Below, piece after piece: positions 30,093 to 39,560 of a stretch of DNA of 64,000 nucleotides. This DNA is from a phage, in NCBI GenBank assembly GCA_012813795.1, contig GCA_012813795.1_4087.1. One strand, given 5' to 3'. The position numbers and the translations under genes were made by a program. The notes beneath the pieces were generated by a model, which was given only the letters and a program-made list of their open reading frames with translations, had not been told where the DNA came from and ran no database searches. Position 1 is the first letter of the stretch; each line of letters starts with the position of its first letter.

Positions 30093-30178
30093 TAAAAAGT
30101 AATTATACATTTTATTGTACAATATAAAAAGGTCTTAAAAAGTAATTATACATTTTATTGTACAATATAAAAAGGTCT
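30093..30178. repeat. Perfect tandem duplication, 2 x 43 bp
   Basis: TAAAAAGTAATTATACATTTTATTGTACAATATAAAAAGGTCT occurs twice head to tail; each unit holds the palindrome TATTGTACAATA; units span the stop codon of 30112..30525. Confidence 0.9.
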
Positions 30179-30525
30179 TTCACATTATCATAAGTAATGT
30201 TAGATAGATCATAAATCAATGATAACTGAAAAAATGAAGCTTCGTCTATATCTACTGGGATTATAACATCATCATCTTCTGCCATTTTATTATCGTAGTA
30301 TTTTATGTGGTCTTCATTAAACTCAATAGAGATTGATACTGCGTTGGATTTCATATCTTCAATTAATCCAATCAAATTAGATTTATCATTAATAAAAAAT
30401 CCAATTCCAACCCTACGGTCATCTGGATATGGATAGTACCATCTATTAAATACTAGACTATCTGGTAAATCAACATCATGTGTTGATACGAGAGATTTTA
30501 CAATTTCCATCCAAGCATAATTCAT
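30112..30525 (-). CDS. Hypothetical protein whose 3' end runs through the 43-bp duplication
   Basis: 137-aa ORF; last about 21 codons are encoded by the two repeat units in different frames. Confidence 0.6.
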   Translation of the reverse strand: MNYAWMEIVKSLVSTHDVDLPDSLVFNRWYYPYPDDRRVGIGFFINDKSNLIGLIEDMKSNAVSISIEFNEDHIKYYDNKMAEDDDVIIPVDIDEASFFQLSLIYDLSNITYDNVKDLFILYNKMYNYFLRPFYIVQ

Positions 30526-30537
30526 AATTAAAACTCC

Positions 30538-30569
30538 ATAAGAAAAGGGACAGAAATAATCTGTCCCTT
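30538..30569 (-). terminator. Stem-loop after the hibernation-factor gene
   Basis: AAGGGACAG-aaataat-CTGTCCCTT 9-bp stem, T-rich on minus side. Confidence 0.5.
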
Positions 30570-30576
30570 TGTTATA

Positions 30577-30909
30577 TTACTCTTCTTCGTCAGTTACATC
30601 AACTACAACTGGACGGTCTGGATGGTTTCGGTGGTGCAATTTAATGCTTTTGTCTTTACTGAATACAGTTTCCATTTTTTCGAATGAATCGACAATCGCC
30701 TTGTATAAATCTGCATCATCGGCAGTAACAGACTTACCACCTGATGTTAAAGTTACTGCGTACTGTGTCTTATGCTCTTTTTTCACATGAACACCAATAT
30801 TCAGTACTGAAGAATCACTAAATTTATTTAGAGTGTTTGCTTCTTGATGAATTGCGTCATGGATTGCTGGAGTAATATCAACATTACCTTGAATAACTAG
30901 ATTTAGCAT
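30577..30909 (-). CDS. hpf: Ribosome hibernation promoting factor / RaiA (YfiA family) homologue
   Basis: MLNLVIQGNVDITPAIHDAI ... TLTSGGKSVTADDADLYKAIVDSFEKMETVFSKDK aligns with E. coli HPF along its length. Confidence 0.75.
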   Translation of the reverse strand: MLNLVIQGNVDITPAIHDAIHQEANTLNKFSDSSVLNIGVHVKKEHKTQYAVTLTSGGKSVTADDADLYKAIVDSFEKMETVFSKDKSIKLHHRNHPDRPVVVDVTDEEE

Positions 30910-30923
30910 ACTTCACCTTCCTT

Positions 30924-31853
30924 TTATATTGAGCTTAACAAAGTATCCGCTCTGTTTGTTACTTGCCTATACCATAAGGAATTTTTGATTTCTCTTTTAA
31001 ACTTCTTATGATTTTCAGCTTCAGCACTTCTCCATAGTTTATTAAATGAGGCCAACTTATCAACACCCATCGTGTAAGCCATGTCAAAGAGAATACGTTG
31101 TTGGTCTTTTGTAAGATTTACTGCATTTTTTTTCTTCATTAGAGTTGTAAAGTCATTATATGTCCTTTTCAAATCTTGAAGTAATAGTTTATGTGCTTGT
31201 GCTTTGGTAATACCGTTTCTGTACTTAATTGCATCAGATTCACGTGGACCGAGGTAGTGACCATATGCGATTGTGTAGTTACCTTTCATATCCTTATAAG
31301 GATGAAATTTTGAATTGTAGAAAGGAACTCCAACTTTTCCCCCAAGTAAACGTCTTTTGTTCTTGGACTGAAATTCAATTGAACCTTCAGCTTCTTTGAT
31401 GTGTGCTACTATTTCAGGATCATTATAATCGAAAAGTACTACCACATCAGGTAACAGTACGTCTTTCAAATCCTCTTTTGTTGGGATAAAGATACCCTGC
31501 GATGTATGAAGTTTAGCATTAAGATTGATATTCTTCAATACTGTAACGTAATCATCTAACAACACATTATGCGGTTTAAACTTCTTAGCTATCGAATGAT
31601 AACTATCACCGTATTCAACAGTATAATGTTTCTCGCTGCCCGGAACTACTTTAGGTGTATACCCTTTGGGTAATTCCTGCTTTTGAATTTGTGTAACTTG
31701 CGGTTTTAAATTGTGCACCTGACTTTCGCCCGATGATGATGCACGACCATGATGAGAAAAACCATAAAAAAATCCAAACGCAGCGATGATAACAAGTGAA
31801 ACTAATAAGCCTATGGCTGTCTTAGTTTTAGGTGTTTGTATCGCTATTGTCAA
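30924..31853 (-). CDS. Membrane-anchored lysozyme: N-terminal transmembrane anchor, LysM-like domain, GH24 (T4 lysozyme-type) catalytic domain
   Basis: TM helix GLLVSLVIIAAFGFFYG; LysM-like HYTVEYGDSYHSIAKKF; GH24 motifs EAEGS...YKDMKGNYTIAYGH and WYRQVTNRADTL; TTG start with AAGGAGG ribosome-binding site. Confidence 0.85.
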   Translation of the reverse strand: MTIAIQTPKTKTAIGLLVSLVIIAAFGFFYGFSHHGRASSSGESQVHNLKPQVTQIQKQELPKGYTPKVVPGSEKHYTVEYGDSYHSIAKKFKPHNVLLDDYVTVLKNINLNAKLHTSQGIFIPTKEDLKDVLLPDVVVLFDYNDPEIVAHIKEAEGSIEFQSKNKRRLLGGKVGVPFYNSKFHPYKDMKGNYTIAYGHYLGPRESDAIKYRNGITKAQAHKLLLQDLKRTYNDFTTLMKKKNAVNLTKDQQRILFDMAYTMGVDKLASFNKLWRSAEAENHKKFKREIKNSLWYRQVTNRADTLLSSI

Positions 31854-31972
31854 AAACGCCTCCTTTGTTTGCGTGTTATGATGAGCAATTACAAAGAGGG
31901 CTTATGAGGCCATTTGCAAAAGCCTCATCGGACTTTCTACAATACTGAACTGTTCTTACTGAACATTTAAGT

Positions 31973-32000
31973 AGTATAGCATACTTTTTTGTTATATCAA
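31973..32000 (-). promoter_or_regulatory. Sigma70-type promoter upstream of the lysozyme gene
   Basis: Minus strand reads TTGATA-16 nt-TATACT; a GCCTCAT hairpin follows in the leader. Confidence 0.45.
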
Positions 32001-32023
32001 GACCTATTTACCAAATAACCACA

Positions 32024-32434
32024 TTAATTGTAGTATGTTCTACCAACAGTAATGTGATATTTGAAATATTTGGACGGTAAGCCAAGTTCACTACGAATTT
32101 GTGTAATGAAGTCATCTTCAAACTCAATGATAAAGAATGACCCTGGCTTCTTATTGTCTTTTACTTCTTCGATGAAAGGATTGAACTTAATCTTCACTTT
32201 CATACCATCGTACTTTTTCCAGTACTCTGGATTTGGTGGCACTTCACCTCGAACAATACTGACGTGTGCTCCCCATTGTGGGTCTTTAACATCAATGTGT
32301 AGATCAGTTCTGATGAAGTACTGGTAGTATCTAACCAACTGTAATGGAAGTTGCAGTACTAACCAGAAATCCTTCTTCTTTTTCATAGTCCCACGGTCTG
32401 GATCATACACCAGAGTTCCTTCCATTTCAATCAT
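32024..32434 (-). CDS. Hypothetical protein
   Basis: 136-aa ORF. Confidence 0.6.
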   Translation of the reverse strand: MIEMEGTLVYDPDRGTMKKKKDFWLVLQLPLQLVRYYQYFIRTDLHIDVKDPQWGAHVSIVRGEVPPNPEYWKKYDGMKVKIKFNPFIEEVKDNKKPGSFFIIEFEDDFITQIRSELGLPSKYFKYHITVGRTYYN

Positions 32435-32441
32435 ATTTTAC

Positions 32442-32645
32442 CTATAAATGTACATATATGTTTTTATTTTCAATACGAACATATGTTTCCAAAACATCTT
32501 TTGGAATTTTATTACTTGTTTTGTACCATGTAGTATTATCTACTAAAACAAAAGTTTCACCGTCAGTTTCACCAAATGTACTCAATGCATAAATGAAGTA
32601 ATTTGGTGCTGCACTACAATAGATATCAGCATTAATTTCAATCAT
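32442..32645 (-). CDS. Hypothetical protein
   Basis: 67-aa ORF. Confidence 0.5.
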   Translation of the reverse strand: MIEINADIYCSAAPNYFIYALSTFGETDGETFVLVDNTTWYKTSNKIPKDVLETYVRIENKNIYVHL

Positions 32646-32648
32646 ATT

Positions 32649-32783
32649 TTACACCATTACAAAGCTTAATACAACTAATGTAATAAACACACCGACAATC
32701 GCGGTCATTTCTGGATTTGCATCATAAGTGTAGCGAATACACTTAACAAAATCCGATCCAAATTTCTTTAATCCTTTCATCAT
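32649..32783 (-). CDS. Small membrane protein (44 aa), not in ORF track
   Basis: ATGATG start with AAGGA ribosome-binding site; C-terminal hydrophobic helix IVGVFITLVVLSFVMV. Confidence 0.4.
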   Translation of the reverse strand: MMKGLKKFGSDFVKCIRYTYDANPEMTAIVGVFITLVVLSFVMV

Positions 32784-32832
32784 TTTTTTCCTTTTTTAAC
32801 ATCAAACATAAAGACTTCTACGTATACCACGG

Positions 32833-33219
32833 TCAATTCCCCAAATCTGTTAAGATATCTAAGATTATATCATGAATTTCGAAATCGGTGTAAGAAAAGT
32901 TTCGTGTGAGCTTATCATTAACTTCATCAATGGACAACATTTGATATCCGACTAGTACACCCTGAACACGACTGCGTTTAACTCTTGAGTACAGGTAAGA
33001 AGGTACTGAAATACGAGTCCCAAGAAATGTAGTACCTTCCCCATATAACTCTACTGTATATCGGTTCTTACTTTTGTTTCTTACATTAACATAGCATTGT
33101 GGATAACGTCTAGGTGTAATACTTTCATACAACATAGATGCAAAACTATCTTTAGAATTATAATACTTTTTGACGATCTCTGTAAATCGTTTAGTATGTC
33201 TCTTTTTCCATCTCATCAT
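32833..33219 (-). CDS. Hypothetical basic protein
   Basis: 128-aa ORF. Confidence 0.6.
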   Translation of the reverse strand: MMRWKKRHTKRFTEIVKKYYNSKDSFASMLYESITPRRYPQCYVNVRNKSKNRYTVELYGEGTTFLGTRISVPSYLYSRVKRSRVQGVLVGYQMLSIDEVNDKLTRNFSYTDFEIHDIILDILTDLGN

Positions 33220-33677
33220 TTAGATCCTATAAAAACTAATGGAAAATATATCTCATCATAAGTTGAGAGTGATTTACATTTCTGAATCATCTCATAATGG
33301 ATAATTTCAGATTCAATATTAGGATATGGAACAGGTGTAGGTGTGGATGGTTGTAATGCATAAAATGTATCTAATCTATTATATTCACCCATTGGTGTAT
33401 TACTCACATCTGGATATCTAACTTCGATCATAACCTGACAATTCGTTGTGTCATCCCACACATAAAATAACTCTTGTGCTACGCATTGGACTGAATAATT
33501 ACCATCAAATGCACTAAACATCGCACCGTCATAGTATCGGAATTGCGGATTTGTATACCCAAGAATTTCAGCTAATATATTAGCTTTGTGTTCATAAAAA
33601 TCCATTTTCAATAGATTAGTATCTTTACAAACATCAACCAAACGATACAAGCATTGCAATATTTCACGATTAATCAT
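33216..33677 (-). CDS. Hypothetical protein
   Basis: 153-aa ORF. Confidence 0.6.
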   Translation of the reverse strand: MINREILQCLYRLVDVCKDTNLLKMDFYEHKANILAEILGYTNPQFRYYDGAMFSAFDGNYSVQCVAQELFYVWDDTTNCQVMIEVRYPDVSNTPMGEYNRLDTFYALQPSTPTPVPYPNIESEIIHYEMIQKCKSLSTYDEIYFPLVFIGSK

Positions 33678-33723
33678 AATATTACCTTAAAAATATTCCC
33701 CACATAGTGAGGAATATAAAGTT

Positions 33724-33957
33724 TTAGTCATCTTTATCAAGCAACTCTTGCAATTCTTCACGATATGTGAAGTACGAGATGATGATAAGTAGAACGACAA
33801 TTGCAGTAATTACAATCCATACTGGTACAAAATGTAATACTAATGCGAACATCAATATTACTAAAATGCTCATTGCAGTACTGAATAGTAGTTTCACTGT
33901 ATCAACAAAACCATCCAACAAGCGTACTGCAATATTTTTAAGTAGTTTATCAACCAT
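33724..33957 (-). CDS. Small membrane protein with two predicted transmembrane helices (holin-like topology)
   Basis: 77 aa; two hydrophobic stretches and a charged C-terminus DKDD. Confidence 0.4.
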   Translation of the reverse strand: MVDKLLKNIAVRLLDGFVDTVKLLFSTAMSILVILMFALVLHFVPVWIVITAIVVLLIIISYFTYREELQELLDKDD

Positions 33958-34534
33958 TTTTATTCCTCATATAGTTTTTATAACATTTTCTACACAGGCT
34001 CTTATATGATTCATCACCACCAATAAACACTTTATCAGTACTATCTACGATGCGTGCATTCATTATGGCATTTCTTCCGCACTTTTGATTTTCACATACG
34101 TTCTTTAATTCATGGATCTCATCTGCTATTTCAAATAACCTTTGAGAACCTTCAAATGTATTTGATTCAAAATCGGTTTTAATACCATAACAATATACAT
34201 CAACCATATGCTCATCAGCAATATCGGCTAATAAATCAATTTGTTTTCGATTTAAAAACTGACATTCATCAACGTAGATACTATTATAATCATTGTCAAC
34301 CTGTAATAGTTTTATTACGTCATGAATAACGCTTAGGTCATCTTTTGGAATAACTTGAGCTTCAGATTCTATACCGATTCTCGATGTTATTTTACCAGTA
34401 CCATAACGATCATCTAATGCACTCGTTAAGTAGATGACTTTCATCCCGTTCTTCTTGTGGTTATATGCGTTCTGTAAAAGATGTGTACTCTTTCCTGATG
34501 ACATACTCCCACTAAAGAAAATAAGTTTACCCAT
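33950..34534 (-). CDS. tdk: Thymidine kinase
   Basis: P-loop FFSGSMSSGKST, VDECQFL, zinc-ribbon cysteines CENQKCGRNA...CRKCY; start set at ATG 34534 with AAGGA ribosome-binding site (track begins at TTG 34540). Confidence 0.9.
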   Translation of the reverse strand: MGKLIFFSGSMSSGKSTHLLQNAYNHKKNGMKVIYLTSALDDRYGTGKITSRIGIESEAQVIPKDDLSVIHDVIKLLQVDNDYNSIYVDECQFLNRKQIDLLADIADEHMVDVYCYGIKTDFESNTFEGSQRLFEIADEIHELKNVCENQKCGRNAIMNARIVDSTDKVFIGGDESYKSLCRKCYKNYMRNKNG

Positions 34535-34548
34535 AACCAATCCTTAGT

Positions 34549-34719
34549 TTATAAACTTGTTTCTGTTGTACTAATTACACTACCTCCGTATAGTAATTTT
34601 ACAGTAATGCGTTTATGTGGTGAAGTACTACCATCACTATTCCACAGTTCTACATCTTCTGATTCTATTTCTACACTAAGATTATTTCGAATTAGTAATT
34701 CTATATCTGTTTCATCCAT
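34549..34719 (-). CDS. Small hypothetical acidic protein (56 aa), not in ORF track
   Basis: ATG at 34719 overlaps the stop of the upstream gene by 8 nt; ends 8 nt before tdk. Confidence 0.4.
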   Translation of the reverse strand: MDETDIELLIRNNLSVEIESEDVELWNSDGSTSPHKRITVKLLYGGSVISTTETSL

Positions 34720-35047
34720 TTTTAATTCTCAAAAAAGTATGTTTACATTTTACTCTTTGTCCGTAATAAGAAACACCTTCATTGAACATTTCAATCTTAC
34801 CTTCTTTAAGAAGACGTAAGATATCAGGGTCATTCTTCGTTTGAACACAATGTTTTCCATTAACCTGTAATTCTGCACCGCTTTTCAGAATTTCATAAAT
34901 CAATTTGCGGCGTTTCCCGCCATAAGGTGCATCACGCACTGTATCAAGTAATACCTTACATTCAGGCTTTAAATCTCGGTGTAGTTTTCCATCTTTCGAA
35001 ACGTATGTTTCAAAAGCATTATAGTTCTTACTACCTCTAAGTGCCAT
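34712..35047 (-). CDS. Hypothetical protein
   Basis: 111-aa ORF. Confidence 0.6.
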   Translation of the reverse strand: MALRGSKNYNAFETYVSKDGKLHRDLKPECKVLLDTVRDAPYGGKRRKLIYEILKSGAELQVNGKHCVQTKNDPDILRLLKEGKIEMFNEGVSYYGQRVKCKHTFLRIKNG

Positions 35048-35534
35048 AATTTTTCACCATATCAGGATACTTTTCCATTAGTTCAGTAAGACGTTTACGT
35101 TCTTGTTCTTCAAGTAAGCTATTAGAATATAGTGTTTTTAACTTTATACCTAATACATTTTCTGCGTTTTTAATTCGTTCACAGAAAGCATGATTTTTTG
35201 TGATTTTCTTACTTTCTGAAAACATTATATCACCAACATTGAAAATGTACTTTTCTTCTTCAGTACTGAATTCTGGTGCTTCAGCAACTATATAGATATC
35301 TTCAGAATATTGTGGGTACGTACTAAAAACTTTACCATTATACAAGGCAGTGATTGCAATATCGGCAAATACATTCGATGGTTCAGAACGTTCACGGTAA
35401 TGTTCAGTTCGTACAATCTCTTTAATGGTATCAATCGCATCTGATGTACTATGTGCGTAATCAAAACTCATTATACCATCAGTTGCACAATCAGATTCAC
35501 CATATGAACTACGCAATAATATAATTGTATACAT
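35037..35534 (-). CDS. Hypothetical protein
   Basis: 165-aa ORF. Confidence 0.6.
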   Translation of the reverse strand: MYTIILLRSSYGESDCATDGIMSFDYAHSTSDAIDTIKEIVRTEHYRERSEPSNVFADIAITALYNGKVFSTYPQYSEDIYIVAEAPEFSTEEEKYIFNVGDIMFSESKKITKNHAFCERIKNAENVLGIKLKTLYSNSLLEEQERKRLTELMEKYPDMVKNYGT

Positions 35535-35541
35535 AAAACCT

Positions 35542-35823
35542 CTACATTGCTGGTACTGTACTCAACATTAGAAGTACTGCATTTTCATCAAGGGACTCTG
35601 CTGAATCCATAATTACAGAGTTAAACAAATCAGAATCATACTCAAATGCTTCGTAGTCTGTGTCATTAGGGATAAGCTGGTACGTATAGACGATATCGAA
35701 TGTATCATCGTCAGTGGTTTTTTTGAAATGCTTTAAATCATTTACATTTTCAAGGATTGCATATTCTTCAAAGCCTTTAGTACCATCATTCATCAACATC
35801 CATGCTACGCCAACAATTTTCAT
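35542..35823 (-). CDS. Hypothetical protein
   Basis: 93-aa ORF. Confidence 0.55.
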   Translation of the reverse strand: MKIVGVAWMLMNDGTKGFEEYAILENVNDLKHFKKTTDDDTFDIVYTYQLIPNDTDYEAFEYDSDLFNSVIMDSAESLDENAVLLMLSTVPAM

Positions 35824-35838
35824 ATATTTGAATCCTTA

Positions 35839-36408
35839 TTATTTGTTTACAAAGAAATTACGTGCTTCTTCAAAGGTCATTGAAGTATATACTGGATTCC
35901 ACGCATCGTCAACAGAAGTCAGTACTTTAACTTCCATTACATCTTGTGGTGTATAGAATTGCCATGTATTGTGATCTGGCTCATAGTTAGGGTCCAGAAC
36001 AAAAACTGTTCCATCCTGACCATAAACTTGACCATCCTCGAATAGCTCACGGAAGAAGTCTTCTCCAGTAGTTGGGTCTTCGTATGCATTATAAAAACGA
36101 AAAACAACATTCTCAACATCAGTTCGGGTAGTACCATCGTCTTCATCATATTCTACCAAACGGTCCTGATGAAATACTAGGTCAATAGCACCAATGCGAG
36201 GTTTATTATGTGGAGTTTTGATTTCTTGCTGGGAATTGAAATCAATACGTTCAGTACTGATGAATACACCACTCGGAGTAATTTCAATACCAGTGACATT
36301 TTCAGCAGAATAGTAAACCTCACACATATCATCAATGTGCATGTGCTCATGATACACTTCCATTTCAGGATTCTGCATCAACAGTGCTGCTAAGTCTTTT
36401 GCTTTCAA
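35839..36408 (-). CDS. Hypothetical protein
   Basis: 189-aa ORF. Confidence 0.6.
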   Translation of the reverse strand: MKAKDLAALLMQNPEMEVYHEHMHIDDMCEVYYSAENVTGIEITPSGVFISTERIDFNSQQEIKTPHNKPRIGAIDLVFHQDRLVEYDEDDGTTRTDVENVVFRFYNAYEDPTTGEDFFRELFEDGQVYGQDGTVFVLDPNYEPDHNTWQFYTPQDVMEVKVLTSVDDAWNPVYTSMTFEEARNFFVNK

Positions 36409-36797
36409 TCTTCAATCTCCATAGAATTATCATCATCATAATCGTCACTTGTGTACTTAGTTTTTACCTCAATACCATTCTCGTGAAGGTATGTGATAAA
36501 ACCATTACCATAAACGAATTGATTATAGTAAATGTTTTCTTCCACATGAGTGTCATATTCATCTTCATAATATGTGGGCATTGTAACATCATGCCCTGCA
36601 CTTTGCAAGTACTGGAACAACTCTTTCAGTACTACTTCAATATCACCTTCTTCTGTACCATAACAATACGCAGGTTCACCATGTGTGAATTTGAATCCTT
36701 TACAGGAAACTGTAAAAATATCACTCATACACATACCACAATCATCACATTCATGTATAGAACAATGCTGGTGGAATTTAATCTTTTTGATTTGCAT
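36405..36797 (-). CDS. Hypothetical protein with Cys/His-rich N-terminus (possible zinc-binding)
   Basis: HQHCSIHECDDCGMC cluster; 130 aa. Confidence 0.55.
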   Translation of the reverse strand: MQIKKIKFHQHCSIHECDDCGMCMSDIFTVSCKGFKFTHGEPAYCYGTEEGDIEVVLKELFQYLQSAGHDVTMPTYYEDEYDTHVEENIYYNQFVYGNGFITYLHENGIEVKTKYTSDDYDDDNSMEIED

Positions 36798-37161
36798 TTA
36801 GAAAATCCTGTAAAGATGTAGTAGACATTGGACTATCAGCACCATCATACCACAGTGATGTATATGGCTGAACTGAACTAATATCAATACACAACCCTTC
36901 ACGCTCACATTTTCGAGCGAATTCTTCAGTAGTTAGTTTGTTACCAAAAGAAATCTCAAATTCATAACTAGACATATCAATATCAGTACTGTAAATCAAT
37001 GCACCATCATATGTAATATGGAGTTTAGAATCTGCGTCAAAAAGACGATCTGAAATAGTTTCATAATCATCTTCAGGAACTGCTTCAATAAGACGTGCCA
37101 TTAGTCCAGATGTTACGCGGTAATCACTCATATATATTCTCCAAAAGAAAAGGAGAGTCAA
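36778..37161 (-). CDS. Hypothetical protein
   Basis: 127-aa ORF. Confidence 0.55.
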   Translation of the reverse strand: MTLLFFWRIYMSDYRVTSGLMARLIEAVPEDDYETISDRLFDADSKLHITYDGALIYSTDIDMSSYEFEISFGNKLTTEEFARKCEREGLCIDISSVQPYTSLWYDGADSPMSTTSLQDFLNANQKD

Positions 37162-37181
37162 TATGACTCTCCATGTTTATA

Positions 37182-37643
37182 TTATTCAAGATACTTAAGT
37201 TTATATAAAGTACCCTCAATGAAACTCATTATATCTTCAAGGGTATTAGTACTACCATAGTCTTCTGCTTCTTCAAGCATAGCATGAACGTACTTACATT
37301 GTTCACAGTATTCTTCAAGAATAGGAATACACTGTTCAATTGGTGTGAACTTATAACTGTGTCCAGTGCCAATTTGTAAAGCACCACGAGTGTTCATAAT
37401 TCCTTCAATGAACGCATCGACATATTCTGGTAACTCTTTATACAACTCATCTAATTGTAGATGTTTTGTGTAGTGTTTACTTTGTAAATGCCAGCTATGT
37501 GCAATTGCTGGTAGTATAATGCTGTTTTCAATAAATGTCAATAGTACTTCATCATAAGCACTGTCTTCTTCAGTACAGCCAATGAAGTCCATAACATGTC
37601 GCAAGTCGTTAATATTTTCCATAAAATCTCTCCAGGGAGTCAT
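37182..37643 (-). CDS. Hypothetical protein
   Basis: 153-aa ORF. Confidence 0.6.
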   Translation of the reverse strand: MTPWRDFMENINDLRHVMDFIGCTEEDSAYDEVLLTFIENSIILPAIAHSWHLQSKHYTKHLQLDELYKELPEYVDAFIEGIMNTRGALQIGTGHSYKFTPIEQCIPILEEYCEQCKYVHAMLEEAEDYGSTNTLEDIMSFIEGTLYKLKYLE

Positions 37644-37654
37644 TCTATGTCTAT

Positions 37655-38071
37655 TTATTTGATCAGAAATGTAAATTCGGGATTCATATCTCTTATTACT
37701 GAATTACGTCTTCTATCCCATACAACTTTACTAAAATACTCGGAGTCATCACATACTATCAGTATACAATTCCTAAGAGAACTCGTTGTGTAAGTACTTA
37801 AATCATTTTCTGTAATGAAATGAACATTCCAGTTGACTTGTACTGGATAATCTCGTTTAAAAAACAAAACTACTATAGGTCTTTCAGTACTCAATGCATT
37901 AATAAATTCGATTACACTATCATAGATTTCAGTACGGATATTATTGGTTTTTATTGTACTTATGTAATTCTGTTTAATTCCGTGCTCTTCATTGATTTGA
38001 TACTCAAAAAACTTTTTAAACAATTCTTTGGTTAAATCAGATGAATTTTTAATATTCGTTGCGTTACTCAT
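37655..38071 (-). CDS. Hypothetical protein
   Basis: 138-aa ORF. Confidence 0.6.
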   Translation of the reverse strand: MSNATNIKNSSDLTKELFKKFFEYQINEEHGIKQNYISTIKTNNIRTEIYDSVIEFINALSTERPIVVLFFKRDYPVQVNWNVHFITENDLSTYTTSSLRNCILIVCDDSEYFSKVVWDRRRNSVIRDMNPEFTFLIK

Positions 38072-38791
38072 TCACTTCGTTCTCTCGTAACTCAAGAATT
38101 CGTTTCGTTATCTACGATAACTCACTCATTCATATTAATTAATATTGTATTGTACTTTTAAAGATTGACGGGATTTGTTGAGGACATTTTCATCCCCCCG
38201 CAGGGGAATGATATTAAAAAAGAACCAATGAAGGTTCTTGATTTTGACGCTGATGGCATCGGAATTTATCGAATTGCGAATTTCTCCATATTTTGGACGG
38301 TTCAAGGGTGTCCAATTTTTGGAGAACGAAAGCGGGTTGCTCTGTTTCTCTCTATCGCAGTCATATGCAACGGTCGCAGGTATTTTCATCCCCTGCACTA
38401 AAGTACTGGAACTATTCGATCAATTCAGTACTCGTTTTACTCAATTTTTGGGTGCAACTTTCCCGTAGAAAAATTGACCGCTTGTTTTAAGTAAAACTCC
38501 CTTAGCAAATCTGGTAAGGTGCGATCCTTATACATCTATCGAGGAACTCTCTGTATGCTTATCGGAGTTCTTTATTGAGCCGTGTCGCCGTGTGATCCGT
38601 GTCTTATTTCGCGTTTGTATGAATGCACTTGGATGGTACTAACGGGTTTCTTTTGCTCATCGCCTCAGTGGGAAGGCTCATCTATCCTTTACATTTTCAA
38701 GAGAAGTAGGTTCTTCTTGTCCGTTGTTAAAACGTCCACTGACATTTTCCATTACAATATAATTATAGCACAATATAAAGTATTGTCCCAA
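38072..38791. other. 720-bp non-coding island with several stem-loops (candidate structured RNA, origin or regulatory region)
   Basis: Only long stretch without a credible co-directional ORF; visibly less AT-rich than the flanks; hairpins CCCC-ccgca-GGGG near 38190 and TGGAC-ggttcaagggt-GTCCA near 38295. Confidence 0.5.
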
Positions 38792-39205
38792 TTACATATA
38801 AACTTTTTTCAATTCTTTGCTGCTTCGTTCAAATACTGTTTCAATGAACTCAATATCCTGAAGAAGCTGTAGAGTACTGGCATCTGTCTCATTGCGTGAC
38901 ACATTTCTGTACTTTTGTTCAGGGTGATTGAATACCACCTTGACTACACTATTTAGGTCTACAAAATTTGACGTTTTTTTCGTATAGGAAGCCTGAAGCT
39001 TAATATACTTCCCATTATCTTGTAGATTAGTTTTATGAATTAGTTCTTCAATACCTGTAAGATGTAAATAACTATCTTCTTCTTTGACGAATGTAATAGT
39101 CAACAGTACTGTCTTTTCGTCTCCCATGTCAGAGATATTTTTCACAGCACTAACAATTTCCAAGTTTGAAAAATCTAAATCTTTAAGCATTACACATATT
39201 TCCAC
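38792..39205 (-). CDS. Hypothetical protein
   Basis: 137-aa ORF. Confidence 0.6.
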   Translation of the reverse strand: MEICVMLKDLDFSNLEIVSAVKNISDMGDEKTVLLTITFVKEEDSYLHLTGIEELIHKTNLQDNGKYIKLQASYTKKTSNFVDLNSVVKVVFNHPEQKYRNVSRNETDASTLQLLQDIEFIETVFERSSKELKKVYM

Positions 39206-39546
39206 AAAGTTCTATAAGTGATAATTTCTTCTCTGGTAACAGAAACTTCATTGCACTTAACACCATCCGTTTCATACTCGAATGGTCGTTGTGGTCGATA
39301 TTCTGTTAAACCTCGTTCATACGTACAATGATAATACTTGTTCTCGTTTATGTCAAGAAAAACAAGATCAAATTCTTCAGTAAATCGTCTATGCCCTTTA
39401 CTTTCATTGCAAATGATTTTGTACTGCACATCTGGACCAAAGGTTTCAGTACTGTCATCCCATGCACCATAGTCAGTATACAAATCATCTTCATCTAACT
39501 CTGCAAGATGCCACATTAACTGTGGTAAAAAGATTTTTGATTTCAT
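39190..39546 (-). CDS. Hypothetical protein
   Basis: 118-aa ORF with GGAG ribosome-binding site. Confidence 0.55.
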   Translation of the reverse strand: MKSKIFLPQLMWHLAELDEDDLYTDYGAWDDSTETFGPDVQYKIICNESKGHRRFTEEFDLVFLDINENKYYHCTYERGLTEYRPQRPFEYETDGVKCNEVSVTREEIITYRTLWKYV

Positions 39547-39560
39547 TTATTTTCTCCATT

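Noticed and set aside
30093-30178. The 43-bp tandem repeat as a possible CRISPR array
   Set aside because: Only two directly abutting units with no spacer and no cas genes; it is a simple tandem duplication.
38072-38791. tRNA gene in the non-coding island
   Set aside because: I could not trace a cloverleaf with a canonical T-loop by eye; left uncalled pending a proper tRNA scan.
38135-38872. ORFs in the non-coding island (38135..38398 minus; 38165..38401, 38238..38468, 38293..38490, 38582..38872 plus)
   Set aside because: Mutually overlapping in several frames, no convincing ribosome-binding sites, alternative start codons, and plus-strand ones oppose the local transcription direction.
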